Below, piece by piece: positions 30,474-42,422 of a DNA stretch of 64,000 bases. The notes under the pieces are model-generated. The model saw only the letters and a program-made list of their open reading frames with translations. It was not told the DNA's origin and did no database searches. The translations under genes and the position numbers were made by a program. This DNA comes from Gammaproteobacteria bacterium (GTDB taxonomy: Bacteria > Pseudomonadota > Gammaproteobacteria > Pseudomonadales > Azotimanducaceae), in the NCBI GenBank assembly GCA_028819195.1, contig JAPPMF010000009.1, forward strand, positions 84,363 to 148,362. The letters are read 5' to 3'. The first letter of the stretch is position 1; each line of letters starts with the position of its first letter.

Positions 30474-31775
30474 TTACTTGCCGATACAAAATTCAGAAAA
30501 TATGGAACTGAGTAAGTCTTCAGTGGTGGTTTCACCGACTACCTCTCCTAAACAGCGATGAGTTTCGCGTAATTCCTCAGCTACTAGCTCGCCGTGTTTT
30601 TGCTTGCATTCTTTAATCGCGCGCTCAAGACTCTTTTGCGCTTGTTTAAGCGACTGAATATGTCGTGGTCTACCAGCAAATACTCCATCGGCCGCGCTAA
30701 TCCCGGTTGAATCACGTATAACTTTCCGCAGCGCATCCAAGCCTTGTCGATTGGTCGCGCTAATCCGTACTGTTCGTGCATCAATCTCCGCAGCCGCGCG
30801 GTCGGTAAGGTCACACTTGTTCAGCACTACTATGGGACTAATTACTTCGTCAGGTGGTAGTTCTGGTGTTTCATCTTCCGTTACCCAAAGTACAACGTCA
30901 GCTTTTGTTATCGCTTCCCGAGCCCTAGCGATTCCAGCCGATTCAACTAAATCATCACTAGGATGAAGCCCGGCTGTATCAGTTAAATTAATCGGTACAC
31001 CGTCAATCTGAATTACTCCGCTCAGGGTGTCCCGAGTGGTACCGGCGAGTTCGGTTACGATGGCACGATCTTCATTTAACAGAGCATTCAATAAACTCGA
31101 TTTACCCACGTTCGGGGCTCCGGCAATCACGACCTCTAATCCTTGCCGCAACATCGCGCCTTGCTGTACTTGCGTTAACAAACGCGCTAATTGATGCTGA
31201 ATGGTTTCCAACTGTGCCAATACAGAATCATCAAACTCTCCATCAACGTCATCCGTAAAGTCAATCGCAGCTTCCATGAAAGTTCTCGCCTTCATGACTG
31301 CACTGTCAATGTCTCTCACCGCTTGCGAAAACTCGCCCGTTAACGATCGTGCAGACGCTTTAACGGCTGCGTGTGTGGTAGCATTAATTAAGTCAGCTAC
31401 CGATTCAGCTTGCGCTAGATCGATTCGGTCATTCAGAAACGCTCGCAATGTAAACTCACCCGGTTCGGCTGCGCGTGCTCCGAGCTTAGCCATGCGTTCA
31501 CAAAGCAGTTCTTGTACGGCGATTCCACCGTGCCCCTGTAACTCTAGGACATGTTCACCAGTAAATGACTTCGGCGCTTCAAAATAAAGCGCGACGCCTG
31601 AATCTATTACAGTATCGTCGGAATCGGAGAAATCACAAAAAGTAGCGCGGCGGGGAGTAGGACAGCGACCGATTACTGCCTTAGCTATACACGGGACTTG
31701 TGGACCGGATACACGTACAATTCCAATTCCTCCGTAACCTTTCGGAGTCGCAACTGCATAGATCGTATCTTCCAC
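30474..31775 (-). CDS. mnmE: tRNA modification GTPase MnmE (TrmE)
   Basis: GAPNVGKSSLLNAL G1 motif, DTAG, NKCD, C-terminal ...FCIGK. Confidence 0.95.
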   Translation of the reverse strand: MEDTIYAVATPKGYGGIGIVRVSGPQVPCIAKAVIGRCPTPRRATFCDFSDSDDTVIDSGVALYFEAPKSFTGEHVLELQGHGGIAVQELLCERMAKLGARAAEPGEFTLRAFLNDRIDLAQAESVADLINATTHAAVKASARSLTGEFSQAVRDIDSAVMKARTFMEAAIDFTDDVDGEFDDSVLAQLETIQHQLARLLTQVQQGAMLRQGLEVVIAGAPNVGKSSLLNALLNEDRAIVTELAGTTRDTLSGVIQIDGVPINLTDTAGLHPSDDLVESAGIARAREAITKADVVLWVTEDETPELPPDEVISPIVVLNKCDLTDRAAAEIDARTVRISATNRQGLDALRKVIRDSTGISAADGVFAGRPRHIQSLKQAQKSLERAIKECKQKHGELVAEELRETHRCLGEVVGETTTEDLLSSIFSEFCIGK

Positions 31776-31793
31776 AACCGTGTGTTAGATGAA

Positions 31794-33509
31794 TCAGGTG
31801 GCTCCGGCTTTCCTCAAGGCGTAGTAGTGGTGAGCCATCGAATAAAGATTATTGATGAACCAGTATAGGACTAACCCAGCTGGCATGAACACACAAATCA
31901 AACCAAACATGATGGGCATAAACATCATGACTTTCTGTTGCATGGGATCGGCCATAGGAGGATTCAGTCGTTGCATCAAAAACATCGACACGCCGTTCAA
32001 GATTGGAAGAATCAACCAAGGATCCATCGCACCCAAGTCTTGAATCCACAACATGAAAGGCGCTTGCCGTAGTTCGACGCTCTCGATTAATACCCAATAC
32101 AGTGCAAAGAAAACTGGCATTTGCAATAGTAATGGCAAACAACCAGAAAACGGGTTCGCTTTTTCTTTACGGTACATCGCCATCATTTCTTGCCCCATTT
32201 TCTGCCGGTCAGAACCGAAACGTTCTTGTAAACGTTTAATCTGTGGAGCTAGTTTCCGCATTTTCGCCATTGACCGATAACTCATCGCTGACAACGGAAA
32301 CAGAACAGTTTTGATCAAAATGGTTAGCAAAATAATTGCTACGCCCCAATTTACGACAATCGATTGAATCCACGCTAGCACCTTGAATATGGGGATGGAC
32401 AACCACCACAAAAAGCCGTAATCGACTGTTAGATCTAAATGTGGAGCAAGGGCATTGAGCGCGCTCTGTCGTTTCGGTCCCATATAAAGAGTTGCCGAAA
32501 AGGCAGCCTCGGTGTTGGGGGTAATTACGGTTGCTGGACCCGTGAAACCAAATCGGTAATGCCCGTTTTGATCCTGATTACCAAAATAACGATAGGTAAC
32601 CGCTGGATCCCCCGGTATCCAGGCCGACAGGAAGTAATGCTGTAAGATGGCCACCCAACCACCGTTCACAATCTCTTGATATGGTCTCTTGGCTATTTCC
32701 TTGAACTTTAACTTCCGATAGTTTTTCTCGTTGGTACTGACCGCAGCACCCAAATATGCCCGGGGACGGAAAAAACCTGTATGTTGATCTTCGGGGGGGA
32801 GTGAATCGCGTTTCAACTGAGCGAAAAAACTCATCGATAAATCGGCTGTCGTTTCATTTGCGACAACATACCGAACCTGTACATCGTGTTTGTCAGCAGT
32901 AAAAACGTAAGTTTTCGTCACAGTAATCCCGTCGCGGTCATACACAAGGGGGACTTCTAAAGTACCTTGCTGAAGCTCCCATTTGGTCTTCGCAACTCGG
33001 TAAATTGGACGAGAACTGCTTTGATCTAAGCCATCTTGTCCGATTAACCCGCTTTGTGCAACATACACTCTTCCCACTTTTTGATCAAGCAGTTTTGTTG
33101 GTTGGTCTGGTACCGATATGTCTATTGGATAAGTGGGTAATTTCGCACTAACTACATCCCCACCGACGGGATCAATACTAACTATTAAAACCGGTGTTTC
33201 TACGGTAATTAACTGCTGACTTTCAACTTGCTGTCCAATTCCGGTTTCGGTTGTCGGTGGAGGAATCAGCGAAGAATCGGGAACGTCGCTTGTTGTTACC
33301 TCGGGATCATTTGTAGTCGCAGTGGGAATGTCTGAATTATCCGCTTTGTCATCTGGAAAAGTCTGGTCAGAAACTATTGGTGGTACCGGTGGTTCATTTA
33401 AGCTTATGTTGCGTTCCCGGGAGTCATCCACCCAAGCGCGCGCCATAAAGTAAACTGTTACTCCGATCGCAATAAGCAGTACATAGCGAAGAATGTCGTG
33501 CTGTGACAT
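31794..33509 (-). CDS. yidC: Membrane protein insertase YidC
   Basis: Large periplasmic domain plus a conserved C-terminal 5-TM region (...KLAPQIKRLQERFGSDRQKM...). ATG at 33509 (MSQHDILRYVLL...) lies 1 nt after the yidD stop. The ORF-track start 33560 would overlap yidD. Confidence 0.93.
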   Translation of the reverse strand: MSQHDILRYVLLIAIGVTVYFMARAWVDDSRERNISLNEPPVPPIVSDQTFPDDKADNSDIPTATTNDPEVTTSDVPDSSLIPPPTTETGIGQQVESQQLITVETPVLIVSIDPVGGDVVSAKLPTYPIDISVPDQPTKLLDQKVGRVYVAQSGLIGQDGLDQSSSRPIYRVAKTKWELQQGTLEVPLVYDRDGITVTKTYVFTADKHDVQVRYVVANETTADLSMSFFAQLKRDSLPPEDQHTGFFRPRAYLGAAVSTNEKNYRKLKFKEIAKRPYQEIVNGGWVAILQHYFLSAWIPGDPAVTYRYFGNQDQNGHYRFGFTGPATVITPNTEAAFSATLYMGPKRQSALNALAPHLDLTVDYGFLWWLSIPIFKVLAWIQSIVVNWGVAIILLTILIKTVLFPLSAMSYRSMAKMRKLAPQIKRLQERFGSDRQKMGQEMMAMYRKEKANPFSGCLPLLLQMPVFFALYWVLIESVELRQAPFMLWIQDLGAMDPWLILPILNGVSMFLMQRLNPPMADPMQQKVMMFMPIMFGLICVFMPAGLVLYWFINNLYSMAHHYYALRKAGAT

Positions 33510-33510
33510 G

Positions 33511-33801
33511 TCAGGAAGTTTCTTCTTGTGATTTGCACGGCGGTACAAAATCGACACCACCAGGATGCAACGGATGGCACTTACATATTCGCAAAAAGGT
33601 GTACCCGAATCCTTTTAAGACACCATGAGTGGTGAGAGCTTCTACGGCGTATTGTGAGCAAGTTGGATAAAAACGACAATGAGGTCCCAACATCGGTGAA
33701 ATCAATTTTTGATACCACCTTATAACGCGAACAGCCGACCGGAGTAGTATGCTTTGTCGTTGCGCCGTGTTCTCGACCATTTGTACCGATTGTTCATTCA
33801 T
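33511..33801 (-). CDS. yidD: Membrane protein insertion efficiency factor YidD
   Basis: [23 protein letters not shown]...[12 protein letters not shown] at 33801 overlaps the rnpA stop (ATGA). An internal ATG at 33780 is also possible. Confidence 0.88.
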   Translation of the reverse strand: MNEQSVQMVENTAQRQSILLRSAVRVIRWYQKLISPMLGPHCRFYPTCSQYAVEALTTHGVLKGFGYTFLRICKCHPLHPGGVDFVPPCKSQEETS

Positions 33802-34145
33802 AGAACTTGAGGCCATTGCTTATGTATTGCTGTTAACGATTCAACTAAATTGTTACTAGATTTAGAGTGAGAATGAACAAGTACCACGATATCATACGCG
33901 CCAAAAGACGAGTGTCGAAACCATTCTCTAACGATCCGTCTAACTCGATTGCGGTGTACTGCTAAACGAACCCGACGTTTCGGTACTTTGATACCTAACC
34001 TAGGGTGTCCACAATTATTCGGTACGGCTAAGACTCGAACCGGTTTCACAAATAGATTGATTACTGGCTTCTTGAAAACTAGGTTGTAATCCTCTGCTAG
34101 ACTTAATCTTTTTCGAGCCGGAAATCGTCTCGGACGAACGGACAC
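33798..34145 (-). CDS. rnpA: Ribonuclease P protein component
   Basis: Basic protein ...[15 protein letters not shown]...[30 protein letters not shown] at 34145 lies 19 nt downstream of the rpmH stop. The ORF-track start 34205 overlaps rpmH. Confidence 0.88.
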   Translation of the reverse strand: MSVRPRRFPARKRLSLAEDYNLVFKKPVINLFVKPVRVLAVPNNCGHPRLGIKVPKRRVRLAVHRNRVRRIVREWFRHSSFGAYDIVVLVHSHSKSSNNLVESLTAIHKQWPQVL

Positions 34146-34164
34146 CTGTCGAGTCGTATGATGC

Positions 34165-34299
34165 TTAGACTGCGAGTCTTTTTCTGCCCTTAGCGCGTCG
34201 AGCATTCAGTACTCGTCGACCGTTTTTCGTAGACATTCGTTTACGAAAACCATGAGTGCGCTTACGGGAAACTACGCTAGGTTGAAAGGTACGCTTCAT
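34165..34299 (-). CDS. rpmH: 50S ribosomal protein L34
   Basis: [44 protein letters not shown] (44 aa), the internal Met of ORF 34165..34374. Confidence 0.97.
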   Translation of the reverse strand: MKRTFQPSVVSRKRTHGFRKRMSTKNGRRVLNARRAKGRKRLAV

Positions 34300-34374
34300 G
34301 CAGTGCTGCTTTGAAAATGTAGTAGTCGATAGGAATGAAACATGAAATTTTAATCCACCTTGCACAAGTGTCAA

Positions 34375-34904
34375 ATCACGGAAAGTTCGAGTCTATTAAA
34401 TACTCGAAAACCATTTGTGTAACATAATCAAAAGCGACTACTGAATAGCTAGGATTCTCCACCGTAGGAAAACAAAGGAATCCTCTTTTTTTAAAGTGGA
34501 AAAATTTGCATAAATTGTTGTTGTTGTAGGTGGTTTTTTTAAGGATAAGTCTTAACTTCGTAGATTATTTCGTTAGTCGCTGGCTTTGTAGAAAATTGTA
34601 TAACTTGGGGAAAACGTTGTAAAACCACTACAAAAAAAGTTTTCCACAATTTATTCCACAATTTATACCCATAGTTTTTAAGAATGTGCTCTCAAGGAAG
34701 AGAAAACAAACAACGTTTTGGTTAAAAATTTCAGGTTCACCAACGCAAGTAGATCCATCCGGTGAAGTCGCAGAAGTTCATGAATTGTCGGGGATTTCGT
34801 GAGAAATTGCAACACAACGGTTTTCAAAGGAGGGAAATGTTGTATCTTACAATTTATAGTAGTTAAACCCATTAATCGCTGACAGAGAGGAGGAGAGAGA
34901 ATCG
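34375..34904. other. Probable chromosomal origin (oriC) / dnaA promoter region
   Basis: 530-bp AT-rich non-coding spacer between divergent rpmH and dnaA. DnaA-box-like 9-mers: TTTTCCACA (34640-34648), TATTCCACA (34652-34660), AGTGGAAAA (about 34495-34503, reverse orientation). Gene strand bias switches here. Confidence 0.6.
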
Positions 34905-36233
34905 TTGGCTGAACCGGATGTATGGAAAAAGTGCGTGTCGCAGTATAAATCAGAGGTCACGACACGAGATTTTGAGCAATTTATCCGCCCCCTACGCGCA
35001 ATAAACACCGGCGAACGGTTAATTCTGGAAGCACAGAACGAATACGTAACTAAACAAGTTCATCAACGGCACTTGCAAAGAATCTGTGAACTTGTTGCGC
35101 AGCATTGTGATCCAGGTCACACAATCTTGGAAGTCCAAGTCAAGACTTCGGATCAAGTCGAACCACTACCAGTTTCCGTCAAGCAATCAACCGAGAAACG
35201 GTCGGTATTAAAACGCGAATATACATTCGCTCGTTTTGTTGAAGGTAGTTCCAACCAATACTCGAAACAAGTAGCCCAAGAAGTTGCCAAGAAACCAGCT
35301 TCAAAAATTAATCCGTTACTAATCTATGGTTCTACAGGGTTAGGAAAAACCCACTTAATGCAGTCTATTGGGCATTACATACTTGGACGTAACAATCAAG
35401 CGAATGTCTGTTATATGAACGCCCAAACGTTTGTTACCGAGATGGTTTTAGCTCTGACCAGAGATAATGCATCTAAGCGCGTTAGACGATTCACCAAACA
35501 GTTTCATCAAGCTGATGTTTTATTGGTTGACGATATCCATCTCTTTGCTACCAAAGAAAAATGTCAGGAAGAATTTTTTCATGTGTTTAACGATTTAATT
35601 GACAAAGAAAATGTACAGATTGCTTTAACGAGCGACCGCTATCCACATGAAATAGAGGGATTAGACACCCGCTTGCGATCGCGCTTTGTGATGGGGTTTT
35701 GTACTGAGGTTAAGTTACCGGATTTAGAGACTCGGGCGGCGATCTTAGTACAGGTAGCGCGCGAACAAGGCATCAAACTTGAGCCGGATGTCGCTTTATT
35801 CATCGCAACTCACGTAAAAAGTAACGTACGTGAGTTAATCGGGGTGCTCAACAAGGTGATTTTTGATGCCGAGTATCACAGTTATCCGACGATCACCATC
35901 GAACGAGTTAAAGAAAACTTAAAGGATCTCTTTGCGGTTCATCGCCGGCGTATAACAATTGAAAAGATACAAACAACTGTTGTGGAATACTTTCATATAC
36001 GATTATCGGATATCTTAGGGTCTTCTAGGCTACAGAGTTTTGTTCGACCCCGGCATATTGCGATGGCGCTAGCGCATGAGTTAACTTCGCTACCTTTACA
36101 AGCAATTGCGCGACACTTTAATCGAGATCATACCACTGTGATGAGTGGTATTGAAAGAATTCGAAAGTTACGTAAAAGCGACATGCGTGTTGAAGAAGAT
36201 TACACTAGTATTTTGAGAAAATTAGTCAATTAA
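34905..36233 (+). CDS. dnaA: Chromosomal replication initiator DnaA
   Basis: TTG start after ggaggagagaga. GSTGLGKTHLMQSIG Walker A. C-terminal ...FNRDHTTVMSGIERI DNA-binding signature. Confidence 0.96.
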   Translation: MAEPDVWKKCVSQYKSEVTTRDFEQFIRPLRAINTGERLILEAQNEYVTKQVHQRHLQRICELVAQHCDPGHTILEVQVKTSDQVEPLPVSVKQSTEKRSVLKREYTFARFVEGSSNQYSKQVAQEVAKKPASKINPLLIYGSTGLGKTHLMQSIGHYILGRNNQANVCYMNAQTFVTEMVLALTRDNASKRVRRFTKQFHQADVLLVDDIHLFATKEKCQEEFFHVFNDLIDKENVQIALTSDRYPHEIEGLDTRLRSRFVMGFCTEVKLPDLETRAAILVQVAREQGIKLEPDVALFIATHVKSNVRELIGVLNKVIFDAEYHSYPTITIERVKENLKDLFAVHRRRITIEKIQTTVVEYFHIRLSDILGSSRLQSFVRPRHIAMALAHELTSLPLQAIARHFNRDHTTVMSGIERIRKLRKSDMRVEEDYTSILRKLVN

Positions 36234-36264
36234 CCCCATTTAATTAGAGTTAGAGGAACTATCC

Positions 36265-37371
36265 ATGAAATTCACGATCAACACCGAGAAATTACGAGAC
36301 GCGCTCCAATATGTCACGAACGTTATCGAAAAACGTTTTACTTATCCGATACTAACTAATGTGCTGTTTGATGTCGATGAAAACAACACGCTCCGTTTAC
36401 GCGCTACAGATCACGATATTTCATTGATGGCAGAGATTGAAGTGGAGAATCTGGAGGCGGCTGGTTCCGTTACGATACCAGGTAAAAAGTGTTTAGATGT
36501 AGTAAGAACTGCCGCGAATTCTAGCGAAGTGATGATTGATGCAACAGGCGACAGTGCGATACTCACGATCGGTCGGTCCACCTTTAAGTTAGCCACTATG
36601 CCTGCGGCTGAATTTCCAGCAGCGCCGACCGTCGAATCGCAAGCGGACTTCTCGGTACAGATTAAAGTGTTTATTCACTTACTGCAAAGTGCTGCTTCGT
36701 CGATGGGGGTCGGAGATGTACGTCCCCATCTCAATGGTACTCTAATCGAGCTCACATCGGTCCACTTCCGCTCTGTCGCTAGTGATGGTATGAGTATGTG
36801 TATTTGCACTGATACCGATAACACTTGGGGCGGAGACGAAAACGTGACCGCGCTAGTACCGCGAAAAGCAGTATTGGAATTGATCCGTTCTTACTCGGCG
36901 TCAGATGGCGATCTCAACGTTTCTATTGCCGAGAATGTGTTCCGCGTCGAAGGTTTGGGGCGAACCCTTATTACCAACTTGATTGGTTCACCGTTCCCTG
37001 CTTATATGCGTGTGGTACCAGACGCTAGCGATTCGATTTTGCGTTGTGACCGAACGGCTATGATACGCGGACTTGATCAAGCCGCAACTCTTTCAGATCA
37101 GAGTCAGCGGGTCTATTTCGAAGTTGAAAAAGATCATGTCAAGATACTGGCAACAACCGAGGCTGGCGATCGGGCAGACGTCCAAGTACCAGCAGAATTT
37201 ACTGCGGATAGTACTAAAGTAGCGTTCAAACATGATCGGTTACGCCGTATATTGGATGCGTTTGATTGTGATGAAGTGATTCTTCATCTGCCAGAACCAA
37301 GGGATGTGGTACGAATCGAATCTGATCAACAAGAGGATCTACTCTTCGTCGTTTCGCCAATTAGAAGTTGA
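36265..37371 (+). CDS. dnaN: DNA polymerase III beta sliding clamp
   Basis: 368 aa, MKFTINTEKLRDALQYV...; position between dnaA and recF. Confidence 0.95.
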   Translation: MKFTINTEKLRDALQYVTNVIEKRFTYPILTNVLFDVDENNTLRLRATDHDISLMAEIEVENLEAAGSVTIPGKKCLDVVRTAANSSEVMIDATGDSAILTIGRSTFKLATMPAAEFPAAPTVESQADFSVQIKVFIHLLQSAASSMGVGDVRPHLNGTLIELTSVHFRSVASDGMSMCICTDTDNTWGGDENVTALVPRKAVLELIRSYSASDGDLNVSIAENVFRVEGLGRTLITNLIGSPFPAYMRVVPDASDSILRCDRTAMIRGLDQAATLSDQSQRVYFEVEKDHVKILATTEAGDRADVQVPAEFTADSTKVAFKHDRLRRILDAFDCDEVILHLPEPRDVVRIESDQQEDLLFVVSPIRS

Positions 37372-38462
37372 GGTTCGCACGGGTTGAGGTCAACAATGTC
37401 CGCAACATCGTAACTGCTACTCTCACTCTAGCTCCTACATTCAATCTGATTACCGGTCCGAATGGTGCCGGTAAAACCACACTACTGGAATGCCTGCATT
37501 TGCTTTCTCGTGCTAGGTCATTTCGCAGCGGTGTCTTAAATTCCTTGATTTCACATGACGAAAGTCACTTGCTTGTTGCAGCGAATTGTGTTCAAGAAGA
37601 ACGAACTGTTCGGGTCGGCATACAGAAGACACGTAGTACAAATATTCAACTACGAGTCGATGGAGTCAATGTACGTCAAGTATCGCAGCTAACCCGTCTT
37701 GTGCCGCTGCAGACATTTTTACCGGACGCACCTGATCTTGTGTTTGGTTCTCCAGCTTTGCGCCGTTCTTGGTTAAATTGGAGTATATTTCACAGTGACT
37801 CTCACTTCATTGATCTACATCGGGTATTTTTGCGGTTATTGCAACAACGCAATCGCGCTATTCAACACCGCTCCAACGATTTAGCAACGTGGACCGCTAA
37901 ATTTGTCGAAAAAGCTGAGGCTATTACTGCTTTGCGAAAACAACATTTGCTCGGTCTTGACGAGCATTTTCAACGACTAATGAAGAAGTTGAATCCCGAT
38001 CTACATGTAAGTTTGCAGTATTTACCAGGTTGGTCTGAAGATTCTTTATTAGAAAGTCTTAACAAAGATCACAATTTTCAGATAAAATATAGAGTAACAA
38101 GACTAGGACCACATCGCGCCGACGTACGGATCGATGTAGTTGATGGAAAAGGTGGTAAACGTTTAGGTTTAGCTTCGCGGATATTATCGCGTGGACAGGG
38201 AAAACTAGTCGCGTGTGCTCTTAAGTTGGCACAAACTGAATATGTCAAGCAGTTTGGGTCCGCGAGTGTGTTATTGTTGGACGACGTTGCCACCGAATTT
38301 GATGAAGAATTTGCTCGACGGTTTTACCGCACGGTCGCAGAAATGGGCACACAGATTATTGCGACTACAGCACAAGATCCAGAAAGTGTCCTCAGGTCAT
38401 TGAAATCCACGAATAGTCAAAAACTTTTTTCTATACAACAAGGACGGTTGACTTCCTATTGA
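37368..38462 (+). CDS. recF: DNA replication/repair protein RecF
   Basis: GPNGAGKTTLLE Walker A; LLLDDVATEFD Walker B; the start overlaps the dnaN stop. Confidence 0.93.
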   Translation: MRFARVEVNNVRNIVTATLTLAPTFNLITGPNGAGKTTLLECLHLLSRARSFRSGVLNSLISHDESHLLVAANCVQEERTVRVGIQKTRSTNIQLRVDGVNVRQVSQLTRLVPLQTFLPDAPDLVFGSPALRRSWLNWSIFHSDSHFIDLHRVFLRLLQQRNRAIQHRSNDLATWTAKFVEKAEAITALRKQHLLGLDEHFQRLMKKLNPDLHVSLQYLPGWSEDSLLESLNKDHNFQIKYRVTRLGPHRADVRIDVVDGKGGKRLGLASRILSRGQGKLVACALKLAQTEYVKQFGSASVLLLDDVATEFDEEFARRFYRTVAEMGTQIIATTAQDPESVLRSLKSTNSQKLFSIQQGRLTSY

Positions 38463-38521
38463 TAGCTCAGTAATGAGCTCTTTTTACAAGTTTGAACTCC
38501 CTTTTCACGAATAGGCATTGA

Positions 38522-40957
<2,436 letters not shown>

Positions 40958-41000
40958 GTTCGCCTTAGTACGGACGACGAGCATTCTTTCGTTTGTCTAG

Positions 41001-42224
41001 TTAAATATGGGTAAACGGTACCGCTGCAACCGTCTTACTAAGTGGCAAGCACTCATTTCCAAGATGAATTACAAAACCTTGTTTGGCTAGATTACCAAAA
41101 TCCCGTTGGAAGTTCTCAATTCCTGTAGCCATCGTTCGTCTGGGAGTTGCGGACGCTTTCACTTCAATAGGAACTAAACCCGATCTGGAACGGACAACGA
41201 AGTCAATTTCAGTTCCGGCAACAGTTCGCCAAAAGAACACTTCTGGAACTTCACCACTATGGGTAATTGTTCGCATGATTTCTGCCAAGACGGCGGTTTC
41301 AAAGATTGCTCCACTTAACGGGCCGTCGCGGGCATGATGGAAGTCTCGCAATCCTACCAAATAACAAAGCGTTCCTACATCCGTAAAGTATATCTTTGGT
41401 GTCTTCACGAGACGTTTGCCAATGTTCGCGTAGTAAGGACGCAGAATTACGATTTGGTAACTTGCTTCGAGCACCGATAACCATACTTTGATGGTATTGA
41501 CAGCTAGCCCGAGGTCGCGAGCGAGACTAGTCAAATTCAGTAACTGCGATGAACGTGCCGCAAGCATGTGAAGAAAGTTCTGAAATTGCGATAGATCACC
41601 TACGTTTCGCAACATACGAACGTCTCGTTCTAGATAGGTTTGAACATAACTCGAATGCCAAAGTTGAATGTCACGTTCCGGTTGACTCACAAGTTCTGGA
41701 TAACCCCCGCGTAAAAAGTTTTCCCATAAGTTCGTAGGAGACGAATGTGTTCTCGTTGTATCACTCGCAACATTTTCCCAAACTAGGGGTAGCTGAGGAT
41801 AACCTTCTGTTTCACGATGCGAGAGAGGCAACAAGCGCAATATCGCAGCGCGACCTGCTAAAGACTCGGTAACATTTGCCGAGAGCAACAAGTTTTGTGA
41901 CCCCGAAAGTAGATACTGCCCCGTTCTTGTCCGTTCGGCGTCTATTTTTTCTTTGATGTATGGTAATAATTCAGGTACGTATTGGATTTCGTCCAAGATG
42001 ATTGGTGACGGGTAGGAGTCTAAGAAACCTCGCGGATCTGCTGTTGCGAAAGTTCGAATATCTGGAATCTCAAGCGACTGGTAGGTGTGCGTCTTTCCGA
42101 ATACCTGTTTCAGTAGGGTTGTTTTTCCTGATTGTCGTGGACCGGTTAGTACCACCGCGGGGAATTCACGTGCCGCCCGGTCGAGCACCGATTCCATCGA
42201 TCGAGTTGTATAAGAAACGCTCAC
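41001..42224 (-). CDS. AAA-family ATPase of the AAA_14 / DUF4143 type
   Basis: VVLTGPRQSGKTTLLKQVF Walker A, ILDEIQ Walker B, and a C-terminal region resembling the DUF4143 (restriction-endonuclease-like) module (...FWRT..G.EIDFVV...IEVK). Family names are from memory. Confidence 0.7.
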   Translation of the reverse strand: MSVSYTTRSMESVLDRAAREFPAVVLTGPRQSGKTTLLKQVFGKTHTYQSLEIPDIRTFATADPRGFLDSYPSPIILDEIQYVPELLPYIKEKIDAERTRTGQYLLSGSQNLLLSANVTESLAGRAAILRLLPLSHRETEGYPQLPLVWENVASDTTRTHSSPTNLWENFLRGGYPELVSQPERDIQLWHSSYVQTYLERDVRMLRNVGDLSQFQNFLHMLAARSSQLLNLTSLARDLGLAVNTIKVWLSVLEASYQIVILRPYYANIGKRLVKTPKIYFTDVGTLCYLVGLRDFHHARDGPLSGAIFETAVLAEIMRTITHSGEVPEVFFWRTVAGTEIDFVVRSRSGLVPIEVKASATPRRTMATGIENFQRDFGNLAKQGFVIHLGNECLPLSKTVAAVPFTHI

Positions 42225-42422
42225 AAGTGAATATTATGCATTTTAAATGCACAATTTAAATCAAATCAAGAGAAAATAGCAGAAGCCACTGAAGTTGGTA
42301 TAACATGAAAGAACGATCAACCTACAATAATCGTAATCCAAATTGTGACAGGTCATTGGTCTATGGATTCGAAAAGAAAGATTGCCTCCAAGATCATTCG
42401 TCTCGACGACAAAGCGGACAAA

